DNA of 61,837 nucleotides, filler included, from Nemertoderma westbladi (taxonomy: Eukaryota; Animalia; Xenacoelomorpha): NCBI GenBank assembly GCA_032718475.1. It is 3 parts of 3 records of this genome, joined end to end, with 100 filler letters (N's around TTAATTAATTAA, not from the genome) between each part and the next. Parts side by side here need not be neighbours in the genome. Positions count along the whole stretch, not along the records: positions 1 to 23,216 come from JAUCBJ010003906.1; 2 more parts are not named here. One strand, given 5' to 3'. Within the stretch, counting starts at the first letter, position 1. Every line of letters starts with the position of its first letter. The notes beneath the pieces were generated by a model. The model searched no databases and was not told the origin of the DNA. It was given only the letters and a program-made list of their open reading frames with translations. The translations under genes were made by a program, and so were the position numbers. Below, piece after piece: positions 1 through 12,123 of this stretch.

Positions 1-129
1 TAAAACCAATAACCAAATGTAAGTTTGTATTTGGTGTATTATATCCATTATCCAAACAAATTCCAACCAATATACATATCTATTGCTAGTGTATGTAAGT
101 ACCTATATTACTTCTGGTGAAAATCTTAT

Positions 130-725
130 CTTCTGCTGCTTTAAATGGTCGAACCTTAAGTTTCCGACGTATTCGATGTGACTTCCAGATCCTGCATTGC
201 CCTTACAATACTGCCCATACCTTATTCTTTCCCACACGTATCCCTTCTACCAGATCCATTATCACAACATAGCAAGAAAATATGCGAATTAAAATTATTA
301 GTTTTAATTATTTAAAAAGATTCATAACATTTTAAGCTTTTTCATTATCTAAAATGTTTGCGATTTAATATATTTTTGATTGGATAGAAATTATTCGTGA
401 TTAAACAATTTTACAAATCGAGCATCCGGTACATCCAATAAAGGCAGTGGATGTGACAAACATCCAATAAAGGCAGGGGCTTAAAAATGTGCTTTCCACT
501 CGAACTCTAACTTGCACCCTTTTTCTCTGTAATTTCTGGGCGTTTTCAGAAAAGACTGGTCAGAAAAGACTGGGAGTGTAAAGAAAAGGGTTGGACTGAG
601 AGAATTCTGGAGCTTGGGAGTTAGTGTGGCACCCTCCCAGCCTTATAGGTTGCCTCGGATTTTTCATATTCACAGATAACTCTTTCTTGTTTATTTTCAC
701 AATAACATTCAACCTCAACCAGTAT
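130..725 (+). repeat. Older diverged duplicate of 20570-21095 (eroded RTE LINE piece plus unique/SINE-like flank)
   Basis: Collinear shared words: ACCTTAAGTTTCCGA, GATCCATTATCACA, GTGACAAACATCCAATAAAGGCAGG, TCTCTGTAATTTCTGGGCGTTTTCAGAAAA, CTTGGGAGTTAGTGTGGCACCCT, CAACCTCAACCAGTATT. Confidence 0.8.
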
Positions 726-837
726 TTCCATTTATTCAACTGTTCCTAGCGAAACAAAATTAATTTCACCAACAACGAGGGACTTTCACAGTGCGTGATG
801 GATCAGTTTCATATTCCAGGTAATGTAAAGTTCGTTT

Positions 838-973
838 TTATTGTATTTTCTTCTTCACTTCGTTTCTTTTATGGAACTTGTTTCGACAGAATTTACAGCA
901 GTACAGAAGTAAAGTAACCAATATTACAACTCCAATAAGTACAAACAGCAACACGTCAATGAGAAAATATTGG
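838..973 (-). pseudogene. 3' fragment of a third UGT (transmembrane helix and KKXX tail)
   Basis: Reverse strand reads QYFLIDVLLFVLIGVVILVTLLLYCCKFCRNKFHKRNEVKKKIQ*, matching the C-termini of the two full UGTs. Similarity stops abruptly at 973/974. Confidence 0.88.
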
Positions 974-1424
974 CATCTCCGAGCCAGCTAGCAGCTCTAC
1001 ACCCCCGCAGAGACTATGTTGACCAATAATGGGCAGGATTAAATTTGTACTCAATAATTGTGCCGCTTTAATTACGTTTAGATCAATTAAAGACACATTT
1101 ATTAAAGCAAATCACTTGAAATAATTAAAGACTATAATAGAATGGGGTATGTGGATTTCATCTGTATAATTTTTAAGTATAATTATTTAAATCTTATACT
1201 GTAAAATAATTAATTTCCTTTATCAGGCAGGTTGAAAATGCAGTTTTTACCGTAATCAACTTAATTAACTAATTAATTGCTATTATCTTAGCTTCTCGAA
1301 GGCCACACGGAAATTCAACTTGGAAAATTTCTAAACTTTGGCCAGACTACATGTGTACCAAGTTTGGTTAAATTTCATTAACATTTGGCTGAGTTATTAA
1401 CGTTTAAAATTGGACACGACAGAA

Positions 1425-4400
1425 CAACACGTTCGTGGGGCCTTCGCGCAGCACGAGGCCCAGTTATGAGATACAAATTAAAACTGAGCGACTGTATCAC
1501 AAAATCAGTATTTGAGAAATTTACCCACACCACCAATCAATTAAAGAAAGGGGTACAGTACGTGTTCAGCCCTTTTAATCTGCACCCCCCCCCCCCCCCA
1601 CCCTTCCCACCCACCAATACATAACTGTGACATCTACCACCCATGGAAGGGTAGCCCGAACTTATTTCCAATCGCACGTTCAATATGCAAAGCCAGGTGG
1701 TTTATAGGAATATAATAAACGCAGTACTCGTTTTCATTATAAGCCTCGTTGCGTTCGTCCTGTTTTGTATTTAAATATATTTCTTAAACGCAGGCTAGGA
1801 CGATCTTTATAATAATAATAACTAGGGATGCGATCAATGTGTGAAGCCAGGTGGTTTATATAATAATATAGTCAACGCAGTACTCGTCTTCTTTATAAGC
1901 CTCGTTGTGTTCGTCCTGTTTTGTATTTAAATATATTTCCTAAACGCAGACTGACGATCTTTATAATGCGTTCAATAGGCGAAGCCAGGTATGGTTTTGG
2001 TTTATAGGAATATAGTCTACGCAGCACTCTTCCTCATGAGCCCGATAGTGTGGCAATGTAGATGCAGCAGTTGCACGCGACCAGCCGGAAACTCAGAGCA
2101 ATAGGACTACTGCTTGTACAATGGGTGTCAATTTCAATACCGCCGGGCACTGGGTGATAGCAGAGTGAGATTAAAAGACCGAATTATTTCATCCTCGGTT
2201 ACGGTTAGTCCAGTTTGCCCGTAGCGGCAGCGATACCGAAAGTTGAGGTAACAGACAGAGGCAGCATTGGTGGTGAGTTGTTTGATTTCAATTCCAACAC
2301 TTTTCTGGGCAGCTGGGTAGACTCTGGTGGTAGTGGGTACCTGAACTAAGAATGCCAGTCAGCTGGTTAGTCCGCATAACTTCCATGGTTGCAGTTGCCG
2401 AGTCAATGGATGGTTGGTAGGGATAGGCCTAGGCCTATTGCTATTATTGTATTGGCAGATTGGTATGTACATCTACATCTGATTATACCAGTTGTCGGTG
2501 CCGTCGGTCGTACCAATACATAGTCTTTAATTAACATATTTAACCGTTAACAAGAGTAGAAACCGCAAACGAAGAAATTCATTTTCTTCCATCGCTGACA
2601 GGAGCGTAGAAATGCGGTTTAGTACTGTCGTAGTTCAGTACAGGTACCGTACCGGTAGTTCTGTAGTTGGCAGTTGCTACCAGTCCGGTTCTACAGTCTG
2701 ACAACCAACAGTAGGGCGGTACGGCACCAACGGACCCTCTAATCTAATTCAGGATCGCAGTCCAGCACTCCGGAGTCTGCACTGCAGTGCATAGCATGGC
2801 TAATTACTGAATTAGGGCCTACAGAATTAGGCCTGTCCTGAACCACGTACGTACCAGTATACGTGATCTATAATCACTGCACCGGTACCGCGGTACCAGT
2901 CAGCCAGTACCGTAAAACACCGAATACAGTATGGTATTGCAGTATTGCTGTATTGTCTGATTGCAGGATTCCTGATTCAGGGATTGACATTGAGTATAGT
3001 AGGCCTACCGGTACAGGCAGACAGGCCACAATGGTATTACTGCATGCAGTACTGTGTTTCGTAATTTGCTAGAAACCCAGCTGATTTAGTCTCCTAGCAA
3101 CCTGCTGATGTCAAGCGTTATAATTTTGGATAAATAAATTTATTATAACTGTAAGACAGTTACACTGGTGCTGCACGAAGGCCCCAAGCAAATTCAACTT
3201 GGAAAATTTCTAAACTTTTGACAGACTATTTGTGTACCAAGTTTGGTTACATTTCATCGAGGATTGATCGAGTTATTAACGTTCAAAATTGAACACCGCA
3301 AAAAAAGCGACAGAACGACAGAACGACAGGTAGAACCCTGTAATTACAGACCTGTTAGTATCTTAAGTATTGTATCTAAAATTCTAGAACGTTCTGTTTT
3401 TCTACAGCTGGAGGCACATCTTAGTAGGCTAAATCTGATCTATGAACTTCAGTCCGGTTTTCGTAAATCATATTCTACAGACACCTGCCTTATTAACTTA
3501 ACTGATACAATTAGATGTAATAACGCAAAGGGTTTATATACTGGTATGGTAATGTTGGACCTACAAAAGGCTTTCGATACTGTAGATCACGAAATTCTGC
3601 TTGGTAAGTTAGGCCTGATGGGTGTAGGTTCTATAGACTGGTTCAAGTCCTACCTGTCAGACAGAGGTCAAACTGTAGTCATTAGCAAATCGCTGTCTAC
3701 TGTACAAGAGATTACCTGTGGTGTACCGCAAGGTAGTATATTAGGTCCTCTGCTTTTTGTATGCTATGTAAATGATATGATAAGTAGTATAGATCCCGAT
3801 TTTAAACTCATTTTATATGCCGACGACAGTGCTCTTATTTTCTCTCATAAAGATCCTATCCATATTTCCCAAAAGTTAAGTGCAGTTCTAGAATCCTGTA
3901 ATGAGTGGTTGGTTGATAATAAGCTATCCATTCACTACGGTAAAACTGAAAGTATTTTGTTTGGTTCCAAAAGAAAGTTAAAGAAGGTAACTAAGTTTGA
4001 AGTCACTAGTAATGGACATAAGATTGAAAATAAAAAGGAAGTTAAATATTTAGGCGCCACATTGGATAACTGCTTATCAGGAGAAAGTACAGTGAAAAAT
4101 ATTTTCTCGAAAGTTAACAGTAGGCTTAGGTTTCTATACAGAAATAAAAATAGTTTAAACACCGACTCCCGCAAGTTACTTTGCTCTTCTTTAATACAGT
4201 GTCACATGGACTATGCTTGCTCTTCTTGGTATGAAGGCTTAACCAAACAGCTTAAATGTAAATTACAAGTAGCTCAGAATAAAGTAGTACGATTTATTAA
4301 AGACTACAAACCTAGGCACCACCTAACTCCAGATGACTTTTCTGAATCTGGACTACTTAACTTAGATAGTAGAGTTAAGCAGCTACGCCTTAACCATGTG

Positions 4401-5071
4401 CATAAAGTGTATAATGGTAAATGTCCCAATTACCTAAAACAAAAATTCAACAGAGTACGCGATACACACTCTTACAGTACCAGAGCTAGTGCTTCAAACT
4501 TCTACCTCCCGAATTGTAAATCCTTTGAATCTGATACTTTCTTTTTTAACGGCATAAAAAATTGGAACGCTCTGCCTAATGAAATTAAAAACCTAAATAA
4601 TCAACATTCTTTTAAATCTGCAGTTAAATCTCATCTCCGTGTGCAATGTAAAAATAGGTACAATAGTCCTACAGTAAGTTATTAGCTTATTAATTATTTA
4701 CTATTTATGCTGTAAATACGTTTTATAATAAATTGTTCTGTACATTACATCTTTATCGTTGAGTCGGGCATTGTCACGCTCTCGGTAAAGTTGTACATGT
4801 ACATAGTGTAATTACGTTTTATATTGGTTTTAGGTTAGCGTAGTGTAATATTGTATTTGTAACCAAGTAACATAAAGGACCCCCTTGGAAATAAGCTGCA
4901 AAGCTTTAGGGGTAATCCTATATGTTATGTTGGACAATACCTTTATACCGGTACATTGTTTGGTGTATTTGTTATTGTTTTTACATAATGTATAAATAAA
5001 TCTATCTATCTATCTAGGTTGATTAATAGTACCCCTACGCTAAGGCTCACTCACTTCGTGGCTCGCCCCAC
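1425..5071 (-). mobile_element. Helentron/HINE-like non-autonomous element B, copy 1, interrupted by a CR1/L2 LINE
   Basis: GTGGGGC/GCCCCAC subterminal inverted words, (CTGTCGTT)n microsatellite, AAACTTGGTACACA core, roughly 120-bp internal repeats at 1680-2030. Classification is inferred from architecture. Confidence 0.55.
3332..5015 (+). mobile_element. 5'-truncated CR1/L2-group LINE with open RT frame (to stop at 4685)
   Basis: [34 protein letters not shown] and HSYSTR motifs; AATAAA then (TCTA)n tail; AGGT duplicated at 3328-3331 and 5016-5019; absent from the duplicate site at 15318. Confidence 0.93.
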
Positions 5072-5203
5072 AACAGAGCAACAGACACACCGATTGAGTT
5101 AGTGGTACCTGTATGCTAAGCTCGCTTACTTTCGTCGCTCGGCCCACAGACACACCGATTGAGTTAGTGGTACCTGTATATGCTAAGCTTGCTTACTTTC
5201 GTC

Positions 5204-5786
5204 TACTACTACTACTACTACTAGGATCGGCATGCTGCATTGCAGCTGCATTTTTAAGAATGCTGTGCCGGCTTGTCAACAAAATTGCACCGCCACAACT
5301 CCCTATCACCCATGACATTTGCTAGATCATCCGCATCTTTAAGGCCAGTGTCCTTTAAGATGCGTCTCAAGAAAGTCATGGGCTGTCCACCATGCTTATT
5401 CACTCCATGAGGCTGCCAAAGTACAAGATTATGCACTGGCTGGTCCTCACGGCGAAAGCAATGTCCTGCAAAGCGGAGGCGATTTTGTTCTAGTGTCAAG
5501 CTTGGGGGAACCAATGAGACACCTCCAATGTTATATAGTGTCTGGTTGGAGATGTGTGCATTGTACTTGACACAATGAACCCGGCGTAGCATTCGTGTGA
5601 ATGTGCCATCCAGAGATTTGGTGTCCTCAGCAGTTAGAGCCCAGCATGGACTCCCGTAGAGGAGTACTGGAACTACTGCTGCTCTAAATAATCGGACCTT
5701 AAGTTTCCGATTAATTCTCGGTGATTTCCAAATCCTGGAAAGCCTATTCAAGGCTGTCCATGCCTTTCCCTTACGTATCGTAAGGA
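5204..5786 (-). mobile_element. 5'-truncated RTE-clade LINE
   Basis: KVRLFRAAVVPVLLYG and RLRFAGHCFRR motifs; (TAG)n tail; 10-bp TSD TACTTTCGTC at 5194-5203 and 5787-5796; empty site near 15496. Confidence 0.93.
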
Positions 5787-6689
5787 TACTTTCGTCACTC
5801 GCCCCACAAGCAATCAGTATAGGAGATATTGGTTGGATATACAATAAATACACCAAATACTAACATTCGTATTGGTATTATTTTGTAATTTTACAACCTA
5901 TTTTTCCATAATTATTGCTATTTTAATAAATAGTAATAAATAATATGTAAACTAAACAATGATGCGGCCCATTTAATTATGAAACTATTATTCACTGCTG
6001 GTGTCAATATAACAATAGGGCGGGGGCGGCCTATGTACAGCCCAATATTTAAAGTATAGTGGGATAAAACAAAACTGTGTAAAAATAATTTACTATTATC
6101 AAAGCTGAAGATATGGGTATGGAGAATGGAGGTATGGAGATATTACTATGCTTTATTGCATATTAGCCCCAATCTCCCTCTTGTCAACACAAGGTGCTGA
6201 CGGGACTTTGGGGTAAATATATTAATTATATGTACTTACAATCACTTGTAATTACATTATAAGAATCATATAATACAAAACAAATATTTAAAGCTTTCAA
6301 TGTCTTAATACATAATGTAATTTTCTTAAGTATAGTTGCATTTTCTCCAATGGTAAATGACTATTTATCCCAAAAATTCCGAATTTTTTCAAACCTGTAA
6401 ATTAACCTATTAATTAACCTGTTAGGAAGCCACTAAAAAGCAAATATCACTAGGCCTAATTTAGTAAAGAATATTCCACGTAATTATTATTAATTGATCA
6501 CATAATTAACACACGAAGAATTACAAATATCACTGATTTTATTTCCCTGCATTAATTATCAGATCAGTACAGTAACAAAGTCAGACTCTATGACATCACA
6601 AAATTAAAGGAGGAAATGTTATAATAATTAAATACATTACGTCTACATTACTCTGATAAAACGTAACGGGGGGTGGCGGATTTGGGGTT

Positions 6690-6815
6690 GGGTGCAACCT
6701 TCGCCTTGTACAACCTTCGCCTTGTACAACCTTCGCCCGTGTACAACCTTCGCCTGCTTCCAACCTTCGCCCGCGTCCAATCTTCGCCCACAAGGCAATC
6801 TTCGTCCGCGAGCAA
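6690..6815. repeat. Short tandem CAACCTTCGCC-type repeats (about 16-20 bp); fewer units in the duplicate at 16405-16490
   Basis: Seen directly; possibly subterminal repeats of a small DNA element. Confidence 0.7.
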
Positions 6816-7412
6816 CCAGCAACCAATAATATTTGTGTTGGTAACCATTTTAGTTACCAATTGAGGGAAAGGAGCAGTGTTATAAACATGATGTAGTTAG
6901 TAATTTTTTTGCGAGATTAGTTGATAATAACACATTTATATTTACATTCATATTTTGTTATTTTTCGTAAAATAACAAAATATCAGGGTAATTAATATAG
7001 ATGTGGCACATATTTGTTGTTTCTGACACGATGTTACTATTTCTTAGAATTTTCCTGGTAACATATCCTGTCATCCTTACATTCACTTATTTTAGACTGC
7101 CCTATCTGTTTCAAAACCTATAAAAGTTATTCCTCGCAGGAATAACGTATTATTATTTAATGCGAATTCCTGTCCTCTGATAACAAAAATCATTTAGTAA
7201 ACCTTTGTGGTTCTAGGTTGTGAATCCCATATTTTTGTTTATAATTAATTAATGACTTGCTACAACATAAGCTTCTGCGTTAATATATTCATTATTACTG
7301 AATGTTTTCACACTAAAAGAGAATAGGATGTCAGGTATCTTGAATGCGATTATGCCTAAGTTTGAGAATACAATAATTATGCAAATTAATTAATGTCGAT
7401 TAATCTTGTAGT

Positions 7413-9044
7413 CTATCGTGTTTTCATTTTTACTTTGTTCCTTTTGCGAAACAGGTTTTGGCAGTATTTACAGCAAAACAGAAGAATAGTAACGGATATT
7501 ACAACTCCAATAAGTACAAACAGCAACAAGTCAATGAGAAAATATTGGAAGAAATTCAGATTGTGAGCAGCAGATTGAAGATGTTGTGAACCATGCTGGA
7601 TTACGTGTTCCGTCCAAAAAGTAAATGTTTCTATTGGAGGAACGGGTGTAGATTTCATCACTTTCGACCAATATTGAACATTTGTGGAATATGAGCCATT
7701 CATAAGGACCATTTGGATTTCATCATAGAATCTTTCACAAGTCAACGTCTTCATGTGACTTATCACCCTGGCCATACCCCTTCGTTCTAAATGAACCAAA
7801 TTATATTCAGCATCAGGACCAATCAGAAAACTAAGTATCGGAACCCCGTTATAAATTCCCTCGTAGAGACTGCTGAGACCGCCGTGTGTAACAAACAATC
7901 TTGTCGCTGGATGACCTATTAAATCGCGTTGTGGCAGCCAATCAAGAAAGTGAACATTACTTGGTAAATCTTTTCTGTCGAATCCCTTGATTGCACGACA
8001 AAAAACTTGCTGTTTCACCTTTGCAAATCCAATCATTAACTCCTTTATAAATTCTTTAGGTAATGATTTCACAACAGATCCTACAGAAAACACAATAATT
8101 CCATGCTCTTTTGAGGAGTCTATAATTTTCATAATATTATAAGGTAAGGGTTTTGGTTTACTCAATTTAAATCCTCCTATATATGCGACATTTGGCATTG
8201 ACGGTCTGGGATATTCGAAGATCACATTTGAATAAATAAATGTGAACTCTGCCTGGGCGAAAGTATCAAACATACTAACATTTGGCTGAATGTCGAGTTC
8301 TTGTTTGATGGTGTCTCCAGCCCAACGCAGTGCGTAATCTCTGAAAATGCTTCCAGCAGAATAAGCCAAGACATTAACGAATCTTTGAAGGAAACTCATC
8401 TCATCCGTAAATCCAGTTACTGATACAGGAACATAGGATAAAGGCGAAGGAACATTGCTAATGCTATAGAATAGTGCAGGTTCCATTGGATACTGAGTAG
8501 CGGGAATAAAGTTAATGTAAGGAATCCCCAACTTCTGTGCCATTAGATTACCACAACCGAAGGGCAGACCACTAACGACGCGAATATTGATCACGGCCAT
8601 ATCCCATTCCACTTCTTTTAGTTTGTCAAACATGTTATCATCAGTTAATATGAGACGGCACATTTCTGAACTAATTTCCATTAAATCTGTGAAACCACCA
8701 GATAACATGATATCCATGGTAGATTTTTCTTGAACTTTATTGTTAAATAAAGATGTTGTAAATTTCTCAGCACGTCTGTTTAAGTTGGTTTCCATAGTAC
8801 CATTACCTCCGTATTTATAAAGCGTATAATTCGCATCATCTAATGTTTTGAGAGCATGTCCCGCAGTCATGCCTACATTGTGACCTCGGGCAGCTAATGC
8901 ATTAGCCATTTCATGTCCCAATAGATAGTGACTACGTACAACTGTGGATACTACTGGTACCCATATTAGGATGTTGGACGATAAATTACTTTCGATCAGG
9001 GTCAGAACTATAATCACAAGCAGTGTTAAACTTGTTTTAATCAT
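7413..9044 (-). CDS. Membrane-bound UDP-glycosyltransferase (GT1 family), 543 aa, intronless coding region
   Basis: First ATG at 9044; signal peptide; RSHY catalytic-His region; signature WLPQRDLIGHPATRLFVTHGG; C-terminal transmembrane helix and KMKTR (KXKXX) ER-retrieval tail. Confidence 0.95.
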   Translation of the reverse strand: MIKTSLTLLVIIVLTLIESNLSSNILIWVPVVSTVVRSHYLLGHEMANALAARGHNVGMTAGHALKTLDDANYTLYKYGGNGTMETNLNRRAEKFTTSLFNNKVQEKSTMDIMLSGGFTDLMEISSEMCRLILTDDNMFDKLKEVEWDMAVINIRVVSGLPFGCGNLMAQKLGIPYINFIPATQYPMEPALFYSISNVPSPLSYVPVSVTGFTDEMSFLQRFVNVLAYSAGSIFRDYALRWAGDTIKQELDIQPNVSMFDTFAQAEFTFIYSNVIFEYPRPSMPNVAYIGGFKLSKPKPLPYNIMKIIDSSKEHGIIVFSVGSVVKSLPKEFIKELMIGFAKVKQQVFCRAIKGFDRKDLPSNVHFLDWLPQRDLIGHPATRLFVTHGGLSSLYEGIYNGVPILSFLIGPDAEYNLVHLERRGMARVISHMKTLTCERFYDEIQMVLMNGSYSTNVQYWSKVMKSTPVPPIETFTFWTEHVIQHGSQHLQSAAHNLNFFQYFLIDLLLFVLIGVVISVTILLFCCKYCQNLFRKRNKVKMKTR

Positions 9045-9532
9045 TTTATAATATGACAAACACACTTTGCAGATTGACTATGGAATATTGATGATATTTG
9101 AAATTAGTTTTATGACGAATAATATTCTGGTTTTGGTGGCCAAAATAAAATCCTTGTTATGATTATTATAGATAAACAAAAATACTTAACTATAAACTGC
9201 AGATATAAATATTTCGAATTAACCTATGTTTTCATAATGTAATTTCATAATGCAAAAAATAATTGAAGAAGCGCTACCCACCCACCCTCTCATTGGCTGT
9301 TTTCCCACTTATGAGAAATAAGAACGGAAATGTTAGTGTTGCACCAGTGCAACACTATGCAGCAAAGGGTTAAAAAATCCAACAGATCCAAAAAATCAGG
9401 TATTCCATCTAAGATGAAATTTACGTCTGTCGATGGTATACAAATTACCAATGATCAATGGAGTATCCCATCCCATAAGCACACATTGTGTAATCTTTAA
9501 CACTACATAATTATATCACCTTGATACATTAT

Positions 9533-10032
9533 ACTACTACTAGGTCTAGCGAGCTGTGACAGTGGAAATGAGATCCTCCAAGGCTTCCGATTTATTATCC
9601 TTAGTGTCACAATTTCATTTCTCCATAGTCCAGTATCCATTTCAAGTTTGTCTATTTATGCCATAACCGGTCGTCCACGGCTACGCCTTCCTTGTGTTGG
9701 TTGTCGGAAAAGTAGATCTGGCATGACCTCATGTTTACTTCTCCAGCAGTGCCAACTGAATCGTAATCTGCATTCACTGAGAGTGGTTGATCAGGTGGTA
9801 TTGTACCTTAAAGCTTGCTGTTTGTCATGTGTTGATGTAACGGGCCACCTGATGTTTATAGCTGCCTAAGTAGTCTTTTTTGTTTACTTCTCCAGCAGTG
9901 CCAACTGAATCGTAATCTGCATTCACTGAGAGTGGTTGATACAGATGGTATTGTACCTTAAAGCTTGCTGTTTGTCATGTGTTGATGTAATGGGCCACCT
10001 GATGTTTATAGCTGCCTAAGTAGTCTTTTTGT
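9533..10032 (-). mobile_element. Old RTE LINE 3' fragment with an internal tandem duplication of about 150 bp
   Basis: Reverse strand ECRLRFSWHCWRSKHEVMPDLLFRQPTQGRRSRGRP..DTGL; (CTA)n tail at 9533-9542; 9733-9880 is repeated at 9881-10032. Confidence 0.75.
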
Positions 10033-10246
10033 AACAACGAAATATAGTATAGTATGTAATACCCTACATTCGGGTCCCCAATGCGATAAGGCAAGGTGTG
10101 TGTGCCCTGGCAGCTAACCTTTCTCTTAGCATAGTGGGTATTCAAGAACACCGAATACGGACTGGGCAGACTGATGAGGTTCTGAATAAGCAGGTGGTGG
10201 CAGTTGTCAACTTGCCCGTGCATCAGCAGATGATAGCTGTGCGTAA

Positions 10247-10524
10247 GTAATCTCTGAAGATGTTTCCAGCAAAATAAAGCATGACATTAATGAACCTTTG
10301 TATGAAACTCATAAAAAGGTATTGTTATAATGTTATCGGTAAACCCGGTAACTGAACATAGGATAAAGGCGAAGGAACATTGCCAATGCAATAAAATAGC
10401 GCGGGTTCCATCGGGAGCTGAGTGACAGGAATAAAGTTAATGAAACGAATTCACAACTTCTGTGCCATTAGATTACCACAACCGAAGGGCCCAATATTGA
10501 TCACAGCCATATCCCATTCCACTT
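10247..10524 (-). pseudogene. Internal fragment of a fourth UGT copy
   Basis: Aligns to 8335-8615; reads EWDMAVINIGPFGCGNLMAQKL and later NVPSPLSYV, with indels. Confidence 0.85.
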
Positions 10525-10610
10525 ATTACTACTGTATATAATAATGGCGCATTTATTTTGTACCCAAATGAAATTCGGGGTTATGTTCAAACGGAAATAA
10601 ATGTGTAATA

Positions 10611-11555
10611 GGGTTGCTGCGCGAAAAATTGTTTGGGCTTGAAACCATTGAATAAGGGGTAACAAGGTGCCCTGAATCGAGTGGTGGGGTCTGTTTTTTG
10701 TAAAAATACTAGGATATGGTGGAAATAGCGGGTTAATCAAAGTAAGCAAGGGTGCCAATTTTGAAAATCGGTTTTCGATCCATTCAAATACACATTAAAT
10801 CTCCATCAGTTTTCACAAGGTTTATATAAATTGAAGTGGAGAGTCTTGCGCGTCTTTTGCCACTACAATAAATTAAATTAAAGATGATGAAGATTGATAA
10901 AATGCTGTTCACAATGGCAAACTCGACAGATTGCCTGACTGGTATGCTAGTACTCAGCCCCTTTAGCCTATTGCAGTATCTGAGTATTGTAGCTTACTTC
11001 ATTAAGTTTGGTTTACGGGTGACCGATACACAATTTTAATATTCAAGTAGCCTACTACCATTTATTATTATAGTACCGGCTCACCTGTATTACAAGTTTA
11101 GTGTTATTTTAAATCTAATCTTTATGCCTTATCGTACTCAATACAGCTTGGAATGCAGTACTGCTGCTGCTGGAAACGCATTTTAACAATGTCCTCAACG
11201 GACTAAATTTAATTAATTAATTGTATTGTCAAAAGACGCGTAAGACTCGCCACTTTAATTGACTTTAATTGCTATATGTGAAATGATTGAGATTTAATAT
11301 GTATTTGAATGGATCGAAAATCACTAGCCAGTGAAACCAAGATAAGAAATTATCAGAGCACTGCGTAGAGACGTCAAATAAGTAGCAGCCAATCACAGCC
11401 GATTTTTACAATTGGCTTCCCGAGGTTACTAAACCCGCAATGTCGACAATTTCCTGGCGTTTTTACAAAAAACACACCCCGCCACTCGATTCAGGACAAC
11501 TTGTTACCCCTTATTCGATTGTTTCTAGCCCAACAATTTTTTCGCGCACCAACCC
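10611..11555. mobile_element. Non-autonomous foldback/MITE-like DNA element with long imperfect terminal inverted repeats (TIRs)
   Basis: GGGTTGCTGCGCGAAAA... at 10611 is the reverse complement of ...TTTTCGCGCACCAACCC at 11555; inverted similarity runs about 270 bp inward; TA on both sides. Confidence 0.82.
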
Positions 11556-12123
11556 TAGTTATCCGTCAAAATCGTACAAGTGATCGGCTACATATAGTAC
11601 ACACAATAATGTCAAATGAAACTGTATTAATGTCAAGATACCGCTGTTTTTATTTTATTGCAGAGTACATTAGTTATTACAAGGGAAAAATGACAGGCAA
11701 TAACATCTGCTTTTTCAATGTCATTCATTACTTTCGTACTATCACTACCAACCATTGTTCCATATGGTTGTCCCTTGTTATTGATATTCGACACGTTTGT
11801 AATATTGATTGCAATTACCTAGAACAGCTAATGCAATATGTCATGTAACAAAAACAAAAAGTATAAAATATACACCCAATTCAATTTAATCAATTTCAGA
11901 AATTTGAAGTAAATGTGACGTTATAAAGCCGTTAATCAACAACCGAAAACATCAACAAGGTTGAGAAAGCTAAGGAAGATCTTTAATTGGCCTACAAAGG
12001 GAAATAAATTTAGATAATAGCATGTCTATAAGTAATATCATCAGTAATATTACAGATACATCGCTGAATATCACATGCCGTCAGAATAATACATATTAAG
12101 TCACTTTACCTCTCAACTACTAC

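Larger units (their letters stand above)
974..8220 (+). repeat. Copy 1 of a recent tandem segmental duplication (copy 2 about 13011-17915)
   Basis: Near-identical text from CATCTCC(G/C)AGCCAGCTAGC through the UGT 3' half. Copy 1 additionally carries two LINE insertions. Confidence 0.93.

Noticed and set aside
3243-3331. N-terminus of the 480-aa ORF as a real start
   Set aside because: Derived from flanking element DNA with a non-ATG start; the LINE begins at 3332 after the TSD.
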